Shown here: in pieces, positions 28,710 through 38,023 of the stretch
Position numbering within the stretch: position 1 is the first letter of the stretch
Layout: every line of letters begins with the position of its first letter
Assembly: GCA_029856145.1 (NCBI GenBank)
Contig: JAHQWK010000022.1
Coordinates: 32,001 to 96,000 of the forward strand
Reading direction: 5' to 3'
Source: Promethearchaeia archaeon
Lineage (GTDB): Archaea > Asgardarchaeota > Lokiarchaeia > Sigyniarchaeales > SOKP01
DNA length: 64,000 bases
The notes under the pieces: model-generated
What the model saw: the letters and a program-made list of their open reading frames with translations, nothing else
Database searches by the model: none
Told to the model about the DNA's origin: nothing
Position numbers and translations under genes: made by a program

Positions 28710-29594
28710 TTAAACTTCTTTTTTTAAATCAACTGAAACGTCCATGGTGTCAGTAATTCCAAGTTTCTTTGCCTTAATTAAAATATAGTTGTTTCTCTTT
28801 TCTTTAATCATATCCAATATTATTAAAGCAGGAATACTAGGAATAATCATAATAATTGGAAAGGGGATAAACATTATCAGAGCAATGATAAATAGTGGAA
28901 GATTATTACCAGCTGCTATAAAAAAGATAATGATAAAGTTAACGTAAGATATTATAACAGATACTCCGGCATATCCCTTTAAAAACTGTTCATACCATCT
29001 TCCTATAGATCTAATTTCAAGAGGTTTATTTGTTTCATTTAGTATCGATTTATTTGAATATAATATCCCTGAATCCATTAAAAACCAGGTTGGAGAAAAT
29101 ATTAGATTAGTGAATATGAACGTAAAGATTAATAATATAACAAAAGCAACAGTATACTGATCAGGAGTTAAATCTTCTGGAGAAACACTAAAATTTCCAA
29201 GAGTAAAACGAACAGTATCAGGATTTAATAAAAGTAGTGAGATATTTATTGCCATTAATGAAGCAAACAGACCTTGAGAAGTAAATTTAAATTTCTCATA
29301 ATCTGGTTTCAAATATATTCCGTATTGATATCGATTTCTAAATGTTTTTGTATGTAGATATAGAAATAATGGAGTAAACAAATATCCTCCAATCAATGTA
29401 CCAATTATTGATGCTAAAGGTAAGAACATAATAGAAATAAATCCAATTTCCAACCCTGCATCTCTGAAGGGAATAAGAGGTGATAAATTTTGACCATAAC
29501 CTAAAATTCTTGACATTGAAAAAGAAATAACCACCCAGAATAGGCAGTAAACACAAAAAATAATAAGAGATTTTTTATATTTTGAATTTTTCAT
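28710..29594 (-). CDS. Hypothetical polytopic membrane protein
   Basis: About 6 TM; W.L.DSGI.YS and LKGYAG.S motifs; GGAGGA SD. Confidence 0.7.
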   Translation of the reverse strand: MKNSKYKKSLIIFCVYCLFWVVISFSMSRILGYGQNLSPLIPFRDAGLEIGFISIMFLPLASIIGTLIGGYLFTPLFLYLHTKTFRNRYQYGIYLKPDYEKFKFTSQGLFASLMAINISLLLLNPDTVRFTLGNFSVSPEDLTPDQYTVAFVILLIFTFIFTNLIFSPTWFLMDSGILYSNKSILNETNKPLEIRSIGRWYEQFLKGYAGVSVIISYVNFIIIFFIAAGNNLPLFIIALIMFIPFPIIMIIPSIPALIILDMIKEKRNNYILIKAKKLGITDTMDVSVDLKKEV

Positions 29595-29626
29595 AAAAAA
29601 TCCTCCATTTTAATTTTTTATATAAT

Positions 29627-30649
29627 TTATATGATCTCTGAAATAACTTGTTTTATGGTATTATTATTTACAAAGGTTTCAAGTTCTTGAACGCTATTAG
29701 GTAATCCTTCTCTAACACCTATTTCTTTACTTTCTAAGAAACTCATCGCTGTCGCCATTTTTGATGTTTTTTCAAGAGAAAAATTGTTTAAACGAGAGAT
29801 TAAGATTCCAGCTAAGAAAGCATCACCTGCTCCTGTTGTATCTTCAACTTTTCCAGCACTATAAACGCCGCTGTTTATAATTATCTTGCCATCCGATATA
29901 ATTGAACCATTAGGACCATCCGTTATAGAAATCAGTTTTATTCCCATATCTAAGAAATCCTTAATCATAAGAGTTTTTTTACTTTCACCAGTAAACTCTT
30001 GAGCTTCTTCTAAATTCATAGATACAACATCAGAATTAGAAATCAGGACCTTTGCCCAATTTGGGGCATTTTTAATTATTGACATACTCGGAGCTGCAAA
30101 GACTATTCCTCCCTTATTTTTTGTAAGAGTAATTGATTTCTCTATAGCTTTACACGCATCCTCAGTAGTTAAAGATGTCCAAGCAAATGCTTTAATATTA
30201 TTAAATAATTCTTCATTAACGTCTGAAGGTTTTAAGAGATTATTGGCACCTTTATAGGCAAGAATGCTTCGATCTTTTCCCCACGGGGTTTTTAGTATAA
30301 TTGATAATGCCGTAGTATCTTTGTCAGTCTGAATTACTTGAGAGAGATCTACACCACGTTTTTTCAAATCTGTCAGACAAATTTCTGCTGAAAAATCATT
30401 ACCCATCACCCCAATATATGCACTTTTTAATCCTAACATAGAGCAATTTGCCGCGATATTAGCACCTGAACCTCCTGGTACAAATCTAACGTTCTTAACA
30501 TTCAATTTACGAGAATATTCAATAGCAGTATACTTTTTTATGATCTCTTTATCAAATAATTCAAAGCGTAAGATATCATCGATATCAATTATGATATCTA
30601 AAGTATTGCTTCCAATCGTAATTAATTCCGGAAAATTCATAATTATCAC
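29627..30649 (-). CDS. PfkB-family carbohydrate kinase
   Basis: PGGSGANIA, G.MGND, N.EEA, ITDGPNG, DTTGAGDAFLAG. Confidence 0.93.
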   Translation of the reverse strand: MIIMNFPELITIGSNTLDIIIDIDDILRFELFDKEIIKKYTAIEYSRKLNVKNVRFVPGGSGANIAANCSMLGLKSAYIGVMGNDFSAEICLTDLKKRGVDLSQVIQTDKDTTALSIILKTPWGKDRSILAYKGANNLLKPSDVNEELFNNIKAFAWTSLTTEDACKAIEKSITLTKNKGGIVFAAPSMSIIKNAPNWAKVLISNSDVVSMNLEEAQEFTGESKKTLMIKDFLDMGIKLISITDGPNGSIISDGKIIINSGVYSAGKVEDTTGAGDAFLAGILISRLNNFSLEKTSKMATAMSFLESKEIGVREGLPNSVQELETFVNNNTIKQVISEII

Positions 30650-30778
30650 TAAATAAATACATAAATTTGATATATAGAATAAGTTTAAAATAGAAAATAG
30701 TCTTTTAATAATTTTGCTAAGAATGGATTTTTATAGAATTTAAAGTATAGCCTAATAATTATTTCTCTTTACTTGATC

Positions 30779-31330
30779 TTATAGTCTTTCTTTATTATTG
30801 TTAATAATATTTCCCATTTTCTTTATCATGCGATGTGTAAGTTCGAGAAAAGCAATTTCAACATTTTCTCCTGTTTTCGCTGAGGTTTCAATATATAAAC
30901 AACCTTCGTTCTTTGCATATTCTTCTACTTCATTTCTATCTATAATCTGACCAATTTCAGGTATTAAATCGGATTTATTGCCTATAATCACTTTAGGTAT
31001 GTCATCATTTAATATACTACGCATTTCTGAAAGCCAAGTTTTCATGCTTGAAAATGTATGTTGTCTTGAAAGATCAAATCCAAGCAATGCACCAAATGCA
31101 CCTTCATAAAAGCTACGATGGAGAAATTTGAATCTTTCTTGGCCGCCTATATCCCATATGTGGAGTTTTGCAAATTTTGATGGCTCATATTCCAAAGTTT
31201 TCGTTAAGAAATCAACGCCTATCGTCAATTTGTACTTCAAATCAAATTCGTTATGCACAAATCTATTTAGTAGACTCGTTTTACCTACAGCAGCGGGTCC
31301 GACAATAATAACTTTAAAGGATAATTCCAT
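30779..31330 (-). CDS. Rab-like small GTPase (Ras superfamily)
   Basis: G1 GPAAVGKTS, TIGVDF, WDIGGQERF, GNKSDL, ETSAKTGENV; no C-terminal Cys for prenylation. Confidence 0.93.
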   Translation of the reverse strand: MELSFKVIIVGPAAVGKTSLLNRFVHNEFDLKYKLTIGVDFLTKTLEYEPSKFAKLHIWDIGGQERFKFLHRSFYEGAFGALLGFDLSRQHTFSSMKTWLSEMRSILNDDIPKVIIGNKSDLIPEIGQIIDRNEVEEYAKNEGCLYIETSAKTGENVEIAFLELTHRMIKKMGNIINNNKERL

Positions 31331-31513
31331 TTTGCTTTCAATAAGTTTAGAATTAGATTAATAGTGATTGATTATCTTTTTAAATTTAATCAAAAGTGAA
31401 CTTTCATATATAGTAATATCAAAAATTATAAGAAAATTCGATAAAAAAGAAAATAGCCTTTTAATTATTTTGCTAAGATGTACTTCTCAGAGAAGGAAAA
31501 AAAAATAATTCAT

Positions 31514-32149
31514 TTATTCATCTGATTTAAGACGATTTAACTCTTTCTCTAATTCGGCTATTTTTTCATCAGAACCGGCACTAGGTAATGCTACACCCAT
31601 TTCCACTTGGATTTCAGCATCTATTTCACCCAGAACATCCTTAATATCCGTATCAGTAACTGCTGTGTCAACCATTATATCGCTTATTCCATCGGTTGTG
31701 ATTTCCTCTGTAACCGCAAAATCTTCCATATCTACTCCAATCGAGGTCATTAATTCCGTAAGTTGTGGTATAGATAACTGATTCTTTAATGCACCTAGAC
31801 TTACTGCAATCCCCTTCATTACTTCAGCAACATCTTTTACCGCTGTGGCTTGTTCTAATTTAAATACCATTCCTTCAAGGTTAGTTCTGAATAAATCTAT
31901 CGCCCTGGCCTGTTTTTTTACTTGGAGATAGTTTCTCGCGTGAAATTCTGAACCTTGCATATCACCTTGCTTTCGAAGATTTACAGCTTTATCTCTAGCT
32001 AGCTTTGCTGACATTTCCATTTTTTTAGTTTGTCTCATTAGTCGTTTATTGAAAACTTTCAATTTGACTGTTGCGGATCGAACGGTATCCTTTTTCTTAC
32101 CACCTGATAGAAAATTAGTTAAATCTTTTAGAAAACCCATATTCATCAA
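31514..32149 (-). CDS. ESCRT-III Snf7-family protein (Vps2/24/46-like)
   Basis: N-terminal amphipathic GFLKDLTNFLSG, basic helical hairpin (A...RKQGD...HARNYL..KKQ), acidic second half, LPSAG, terminal MIM1-like ELEKELNRLK; divergent from vps4. Confidence 0.9.
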   Translation of the reverse strand: MMNMGFLKDLTNFLSGGKKKDTVRSATVKLKVFNKRLMRQTKKMEMSAKLARDKAVNLRKQGDMQGSEFHARNYLQVKKQARAIDLFRTNLEGMVFKLEQATAVKDVAEVMKGIAVSLGALKNQLSIPQLTELMTSIGVDMEDFAVTEEITTDGISDIMVDTAVTDTDIKDVLGEIDAEIQVEMGVALPSAGSDEKIAELEKELNRLKSDE

Positions 32150-32348
32150 AAATTATTAGTAATTATATAATATATATAAAACTTCGGTCTTATATAATTG
32201 TTTTTGGAGACCAATAATTATATATTATATGTAGAGATTAGCCTCGTTGGTTAAACCGTAAATTTGATATATTCAGATTAAATTATTAAATATATTTATA
32301 CTAATTTAGATTAGCTATAAATAGTATAATTATTTTAATATAGTTATC

Positions 32349-33560
32349 ATGTCATCAGTAGATTCGAAACTTTATCAGTATGCCGTTCAAACGGCGAAGG
32401 AGGCAGTTGCTTTAGATAATCAGGGCAAGTACCGGCAGGCGATGAATAAGTACTATCGTGCAGCGGAAATTTTGATGCAATTTATGCAATACAATAAAAA
32501 TCCTCAAATGAGAAAGCTGTGTCAAAGAAATATTGAAGAATATGTTGATCGCGCAAAAATTCTAAAATCCCATTTGGGTGGTCCTAGAAGTGCAAGATAC
32601 ATTACTAAATCCAGTGAGTCAAAAGCAGGTGCTGTAGATTCTGAATCCGGTGCTGTATCTTCAGAAGAACAGGAACTTATTGATACAATATCAGGAACAA
32701 TCATTACAGAATCTCCTAATATAAAATGGGACGATATTGCTGGTTTGGAAAATGTTAAGCAAGCTTTAAGGGAAGCAATAGTTTTACCTATAGCAAAACC
32801 ACAATTATTTACAGGTGCTAGAAAACCTTGGGCTGGAATTTTGTTATTTGGTCCACCTGGATGTGGAAAGACATTGTTGGCTAAAGCAGCCGCTACGGAG
32901 TGTAAAGCAACTTTTTTTAGTGCATCATCTGCAGATTTATTAAGTAAATGGTTAGGGGAAAGTGAAAAATTAATAAGTTCCTTATTTAAAGTTGCCCGAT
33001 TAAAGGCACCTAGTTTGATATTTATGGATGAGATAGATTCAGTTGCAACTAAACGAGGAGAAGGAGCGGAGAGTGGAGGTGAGAGAAGAGTTAAAACACA
33101 GCTCTTAAGCGAAATACAAGGGTTAAAATCAACTCATGATAAACCTTTATTGGTTTTAGGGGCAACTAATCGTCCTTGGGATATTGATAATGCTATGCTA
33201 AGTAGATTTGAGAAAAGAGTGCAAGTCCCTCTTCCTGATTTAAAAGCAAGAGCGGGAATCTTTAAAATTCATACAGAGGGAGTGGATTCTGCATTAACAG
33301 ATGAGGACTTTGTAGAATTGGCAGTAAGAACAGAAGGGTATTCGGGTAGAGATATAGCAAATATTTGTCGTGAAGTAATAATGTTACCTGTGCGTGAGTT
33401 AGACATGAGTGGACTTTTAGAAGATTCTAATAAAGAAGTTATTATAAGAGATATAGATTTAAAAGATTTTAAAAAAACTCTTAAAAAAGTCAAACCAATG
33501 ACAAATAAAGCATTATTAAAGCAATATAACGATTGGGCAGAGGAGTTCGGAGAAATATAA
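32349..33560 (+). CDS. vps4: Vps4 AAA+ ATPase with N-terminal MIT domain
   Basis: MIT (A...A.EAV.LD..G.Y..A...Y..A), W.DIAGLE, GPPGCGKT, SKWLGESEK pore loop, FMDEID, GATNRPW.ID.A..SRF. Confidence 0.95.
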   Translation: MSSVDSKLYQYAVQTAKEAVALDNQGKYRQAMNKYYRAAEILMQFMQYNKNPQMRKLCQRNIEEYVDRAKILKSHLGGPRSARYITKSSESKAGAVDSESGAVSSEEQELIDTISGTIITESPNIKWDDIAGLENVKQALREAIVLPIAKPQLFTGARKPWAGILLFGPPGCGKTLLAKAAATECKATFFSASSADLLSKWLGESEKLISSLFKVARLKAPSLIFMDEIDSVATKRGEGAESGGERRVKTQLLSEIQGLKSTHDKPLLVLGATNRPWDIDNAMLSRFEKRVQVPLPDLKARAGIFKIHTEGVDSALTDEDFVELAVRTEGYSGRDIANICREVIMLPVRELDMSGLLEDSNKEVIIRDIDLKDFKKTLKKVKPMTNKALLKQYNDWAEEFGEI

Positions 33561-33566
33561 TACATT

Positions 33567-34472
33567 TTGATGGTTAAAATGGAAAGACAGAGAGAAAAAC
33601 CTACGGAAATTCCTAAGGAAGTTAAAGAAAAAGCAGAAAAGGAGTTAGAAGAATTAAGGAAAGAGCTCGCTAGATTAAGAAATTTAAAAAAAGAGAAGGA
33701 ACAATTGGAAATTGAAGCAACTCAAAAACAAATCATTAAAGAAGAAGATATTAAATCTACTGAATTAAATTATATAGAAGAACAGTTTGATAAACTGGAA
33801 AATATATTATCTTCTAAATTAGGTGAAATAGATCAAAAATTATACCGTCAGCATGCTGAACAAGTCGAAGAAGAACTACAAACCCTCGAAGAAGAAATTC
33901 TTGGTGAAAAGGGTTTAATAGAGAAGAAATTAACAGCTTATGAAAATTTATTGAAGGCTTATCCTTGGCTTGAGGAAGAACGTAAAAAATTTATGTACTC
34001 AATGCCAAATAAAAAGGTAAATAAAAATGATTATACTTCTTGGAAAATAGAGTGGGCAAAAGTTCTTTTTGATTACGCTAGATTTGCTGTTCTTCATATT
34101 ATTTATATTAGAGAAGTAAGTTCTCAAAAACCATTTTCTAATTTCACTAAAAGAGAACATTATATACTAGAAATCGTTGAAGAATTAATTAGTCAAAATC
34201 AAGCGAAATGGCTCTCAAAAGAGAAGAATAGACTAAGAGTATACTGGAAAACTCTCGAAGCGTGGTCAGATGAAATTTACAAATGGTGTTATGAGAATGG
34301 AAAGATCGAGCCGATAATGATTTATGAATTAAGAGAAGCAGCACAAGAAGATTTTAGTTCACTCCCACTTGAGGATCTGGAAGAAATATTTAAAATTTTA
34401 GCTAAAAATCGAAAAGCTAAAATCCTAAAAATGGAAAACGGACAATTAGCATTTAAAATTAGATTAGAGTAA
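33567..34472 (+). CDS. vps25: ESCRT-II Vps25-like protein with long N-terminal coiled coil
   Basis: C-terminal tandem winged helices (W..EW..VL.DY; VYWKTLEAWSDEIYKW...YEL...F..L..E.L..I...L....KA.I) as in Vps25; directly downstream of vps4. Confidence 0.8.
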   Translation: MMVKMERQREKPTEIPKEVKEKAEKELEELRKELARLRNLKKEKEQLEIEATQKQIIKEEDIKSTELNYIEEQFDKLENILSSKLGEIDQKLYRQHAEQVEEELQTLEEEILGEKGLIEKKLTAYENLLKAYPWLEEERKKFMYSMPNKKVNKNDYTSWKIEWAKVLFDYARFAVLHIIYIREVSSQKPFSNFTKREHYILEIVEELISQNQAKWLSKEKNRLRVYWKTLEAWSDEIYKWCYENGKIEPIMIYELREAAQEDFSSLPLEDLEEIFKILAKNRKAKILKMENGQLAFKIRLE

Positions 34473-34487
34473 TACAATCCACTTTTT

Positions 34488-35201
34488 TTATAAAGATGGG
34501 AAATACCATTGTTTCCCTGTTAAAATATTTTCCCTGAATTTCGCAATACCTGTTTTTTCAAGTGATTCCAAGGCTCTAATAGCACGATCTTGGGACCATT
34601 CCAAATTAGCACACACATCTTCTAAAGTAAGGACTCCTTTTTCTTTCGCTAATTCTACAACTTTAGATTCATCACCAGTGTATTGAATTGGAAAAAACCG
34701 TATGATAACTGCTCCTGAATCCAATCGAGTAATATCCTCAATTACTCTTGTTTTTTTCAAAAGTCTCAAAGCCTTCTCAACATCCTTAATATCTACATTT
34801 CCTTTCAAAATTCCTGTATTTATTAATTCAAATACTTCTGATAATGGAATTATTCCGCCTGTTTCTTCCTTACTCATCAAGACTCTCTGATATGCCAACA
34901 TCCCTAATTTCTGAGGGTCAATTTTTGAGAATTTTCTCATTACGTCATGTTCTGTTATTTGTTCAGTAATAATCTTTGAAGAAGGAATGTTATATTTTTT
35001 TTGTAATTCTTTAATTTCTCGTCTTAACTCTGGTGTTAGAGCTAATAAAACACCATGTTTCTTTGCTAAATCTCGAAGTCTATCTTTTGTAAACTTTTCA
35101 ACAGAGGCTTTTGCTTCCATATCTTTCATTTTAAGTTCGGCTGCCTTCTTTTTCATAGCTTCTTTTAAATCAATCTCATCTTCTATCTTTCGAATGCCCA
35201 T
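34488..35201 (-). CDS. ESCRT-II Vps22/Vps36 (EAP30-domain) protein
   Basis: MGIRKI...L.DLAKKHG, TGGIIPLSEV...IKDVEKALRLL, L.WSQDRA.RALE.L...G.A...WYFPSL, parallel to Vps22. Confidence 0.82.
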   Translation of the reverse strand: MGIRKIEDEIDLKEAMKKKAAELKMKDMEAKASVEKFTKDRLRDLAKKHGVLLALTPELRREIKELQKKYNIPSSKIITEQITEHDVMRKFSKIDPQKLGMLAYQRVLMSKEETGGIIPLSEVFELINTGILKGNVDIKDVEKALRLLKKTRVIEDITRLDSGAVIIRFFPIQYTGDESKVVELAKEKGVLTLEDVCANLEWSQDRAIRALESLEKTGIAKFRENILTGKQWYFPSL

Positions 35202-35274
35202 TTTTAGATAACACTATTTTTTAATACCTTTATTGATTAATAATAATAAAACTTCTTAATTCTTTCTATTTTAA

Positions 35275-35862
35275 ATGAGTATGATTGAATCTTCTAATTT
35301 TAGGGAAATTAATAAAATCGAAAGAGAAATCATTTTTCAATCACTCTCCAAAATATCTACCAATATTTTCCAATTCTTAATAAGATCTAAGAATAAGTTA
35401 TATATTTCATTAAAGGATTCAAAATCAAGGACCAATTTCCCTAACATTTATTTAAGCTCGATTTATTTTGAGAAAGAAATAGATATAGTTAAGTCTAAAA
35501 AAGAAATTTGTTCAGTTGGTATATATTTTGGATTTATCAAAAAAGGAAACTTTCATTTAAGTTTAGAGGGCGCAGAATTTCTAAATAAACAAGGGATATT
35601 GTCTGATGTTAAATGTTTATATGTTAACAAGAAGGGAGAAAAATCTATTTTATATGGAAATAATATTTTAAAGAATATGGTTATCAAAACACCCTCTAAT
35701 CTACAAAAAGATGATTTCCTATTAATCTTCAATGATTTGAATGAAATTTTAGCTATAGCTCAATCCAAAATTGAAAGCAATATTATACAAAACCTTAAAC
35801 CCAAAGATATTGTTGCTCTCAATATGAGTGATAAGGGTACCTATTTAAGAGAAAAACAATAA
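35275..35862 (+). CDS. NIP7-like PUA-domain ribosome biogenesis protein
   Basis: FREIN..E, SVGIYFG, F.LSLEG, GEKSILYGNNILK, N.SDKGTYLRE. Confidence 0.78.
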   Translation: MSMIESSNFREINKIEREIIFQSLSKISTNIFQFLIRSKNKLYISLKDSKSRTNFPNIYLSSIYFEKEIDIVKSKKEICSVGIYFGFIKKGNFHLSLEGAEFLNKQGILSDVKCLYVNKKGEKSILYGNNILKNMVIKTPSNLQKDDFLLIFNDLNEILAIAQSKIESNIIQNLKPKDIVALNMSDKGTYLREKQ

Positions 35863-35887
35863 AAAAAAAGAAGAGTTAGGATTTTAA

Positions 35888-37627
35888 TTATTTTTTATAT
35901 TTTTTAATTAGGATTAGTGTTACTAAACCTGTTACACTCAGCAACAGAACTATACTAAATCCAGGTATCGGTGGTAGTATAGAAGGTATCTCTACTAATA
36001 TTACCAGAAGTTCATTTTCAGATTCAACATTTCCTACAGCATCAACTGCTTGATATGTGATAAGATAATAGCCATAACTGTAGCTAGATAAGTCAAAAGA
36101 GCCAGTATAATCGTACCAAATAGAATTATTAATTTTATATCTTAATACAGAGACACCAGATCCTGAACCGTCATTAGCAGCAAGTGAAAAAGTTGTTGTT
36201 TTGTTCACTATATTAGGAGTTATGTATGGTATAAAAGATATACTTGAAGTAGGCGGTGTAAGATCTTTTTGAATAATAACATCGTCAAAACTCTCTAATC
36301 CCCCTGTATCATTTATATAAAATCTGATCGTCACCGGTCCACCCCCTAACTTGTCCCACTCTATTTGATCTATTTTACCAGTTAACCCGCTAAATATTGT
36401 TTCATTTGTTCCAGGACCCAAATGATACCATGTTGTGTCTAAATTTAGTTCAGTTAAGGAAATCTGGAAATCTGGAGATATACTACCGAAAAACTCATCT
36501 GGAGAAGGAGAAACTATATTAATATCGGGAATTATCGTATCAATTAAGAAAGATCTAATTGTAGAATGGTATTTATTACTAAGAGAATCTTCTCCAAATA
36601 CTTGAATTGTATGGTGTCCATCATTCGGTATTGGGATAGTAGTATTTCCTATAATTTTTAATTCATTTTGTCCATCTAAAGAATAACTCATTAAATCAAG
36701 AATATTTGGGCTTTCAAAATCAAGTAATAATCCTTCTTCAATATTATCACCTAATATATACCCATCTTGAAGCCCTGTAATGCTAAAAGCATCCAAGTAA
36801 TGAGAAACATCAGATTGAGATTCAGTTGATAATACATGATACCTGTATGGACCTCCTGTGGGGTGCGAAGTTAATAAATCTAAATCTGCGGAAACGTAAA
36901 TCATATCACCAGTATCATTATAGATTCGGAATCTAAATTGATTTGTCCCTAATCCAGCATATCCACCATCACAAGAAATATCTATAGAATAACGATACCA
37001 TTTATCCCATTCATGATACACTCCCGTACCAAACTCTCCAGTAGCAGGAGTGATCCTTATTTCAGGATCATTTGTAGTTCCGTATGAGTCCCATTCAAAT
37101 TGTACCATACTTCCCAGATCTCCTATAATCTGAAAATAACTATGCCAATAAGTCCCTGAGTGTGTGTTGCATGCCCAGAATTCAATAGTACAATTACGAC
37201 ATATCTCTGAACCTTCGCTTGTAAAATTAAGCCTTCCATGGGTTGTTCCACTGCTGGTTCGATCATAGGTTTTGAACACCTTATTATGGGTATTTCCCGC
37301 GCTATCAGTGTAGCTATCTTCAACTCTAGCATAAGAGCCAGGACCATCCGGAGTTGTACCTCCCGCAGCATAGTCACAATAAGAAGGTAAAACACCATTA
37401 GGTGTTTCTTCAAACCCAAATGTTCCAGGATAATAACCTTCCATTGGCTCAGAGTAAGTTTTATTTTCAGGAGTATTTATATCTATATTTTGGCTAAGTT
37501 TTGGAGTCTGTTTTAGATTTTGAGTGATTAGTATATTTCCAGATAAAATCAAAGGACTAAACGCAGTTAAACATAGAACTAAAATTAATACTAAAGTTGT
37601 TTTCTTTTTTCTTTTTGAATTTACCAA
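35888..37627 (-). CDS. Secreted surface protein with Ig-like domains and C-terminal PGF-type sorting/anchor signal
   Basis: TTG start with GGTGA SD; basic plus hydrophobic signal peptide; YYPGTFGFE domain; D...P Ig repeats; D..SG.SGV...YKI...AVD.VGNVE; PPIPGF + TM + KKYKK. Confidence 0.8.
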   Translation of the reverse strand: MVNSKRKKKTTLVLILVLCLTAFSPLILSGNILITQNLKQTPKLSQNIDINTPENKTYSEPMEGYYPGTFGFEETPNGVLPSYCDYAAGGTTPDGPGSYARVEDSYTDSAGNTHNKVFKTYDRTSSGTTHGRLNFTSEGSEICRNCTIEFWACNTHSGTYWHSYFQIIGDLGSMVQFEWDSYGTTNDPEIRITPATGEFGTGVYHEWDKWYRYSIDISCDGGYAGLGTNQFRFRIYNDTGDMIYVSADLDLLTSHPTGGPYRYHVLSTESQSDVSHYLDAFSITGLQDGYILGDNIEEGLLLDFESPNILDLMSYSLDGQNELKIIGNTTIPIPNDGHHTIQVFGEDSLSNKYHSTIRSFLIDTIIPDINIVSPSPDEFFGSISPDFQISLTELNLDTTWYHLGPGTNETIFSGLTGKIDQIEWDKLGGGPVTIRFYINDTGGLESFDDVIIQKDLTPPTSSISFIPYITPNIVNKTTTFSLAANDGSGSGVSVLRYKINNSIWYDYTGSFDLSSYSYGYYLITYQAVDAVGNVESENELLVILVEIPSILPPIPGFSIVLLLSVTGLVTLILIKKYKK

Positions 37628-37748
37628 TTGGTTTCACCAATAATATTTTTAGGGTAATTTTGTTTTTCAAATTATTAATTTCGGATTTCGCGTTATTTTC
37701 GCTATAAAATCATAACAAAAATAGGCTTATAATTATACATGACTAATT

Positions 37749-37926
37749 TTAATATAAAATCACTAGGACCAAATTTTGACAAATTAAATGGTTTTAGTAT
37801 AAATAGAACTCTTAAATAGATTAAAGGGAGGATTTCACCCTAACTTCCCTAATTTACTTAATAATATTAACTAATTCAAAAATCATTATTTATTTAGTTA
37901 ATATAAAATCACTAGGACCAAATTTT
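37749..37926. repeat. Perfect 29-bp direct repeat, two copies, 149-bp period
   Basis: TTAATATAAAATCACTAGGACCAAATTTT at 37749-37777 and 37898-37926; ACAA also matches after one mismatch. Confidence 0.9.
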
Positions 37927-38023
37927 TACAAGAATATTAAAAGAATATCTAAGAGGCTTTATACTAAAGAAAGAGAATAATAAATTCAATGTTTAAACGT
38001 GCATACTATTGTTTGTTTCTTCC

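Noticed and set aside
37749-37926. 29-bp direct repeat as a CRISPR mini-array or att site
   Set aside because: Only two copies with a 120-bp spacer, no cas or integrase genes; the repeat contains a TATA-like box and fits a promoter better.
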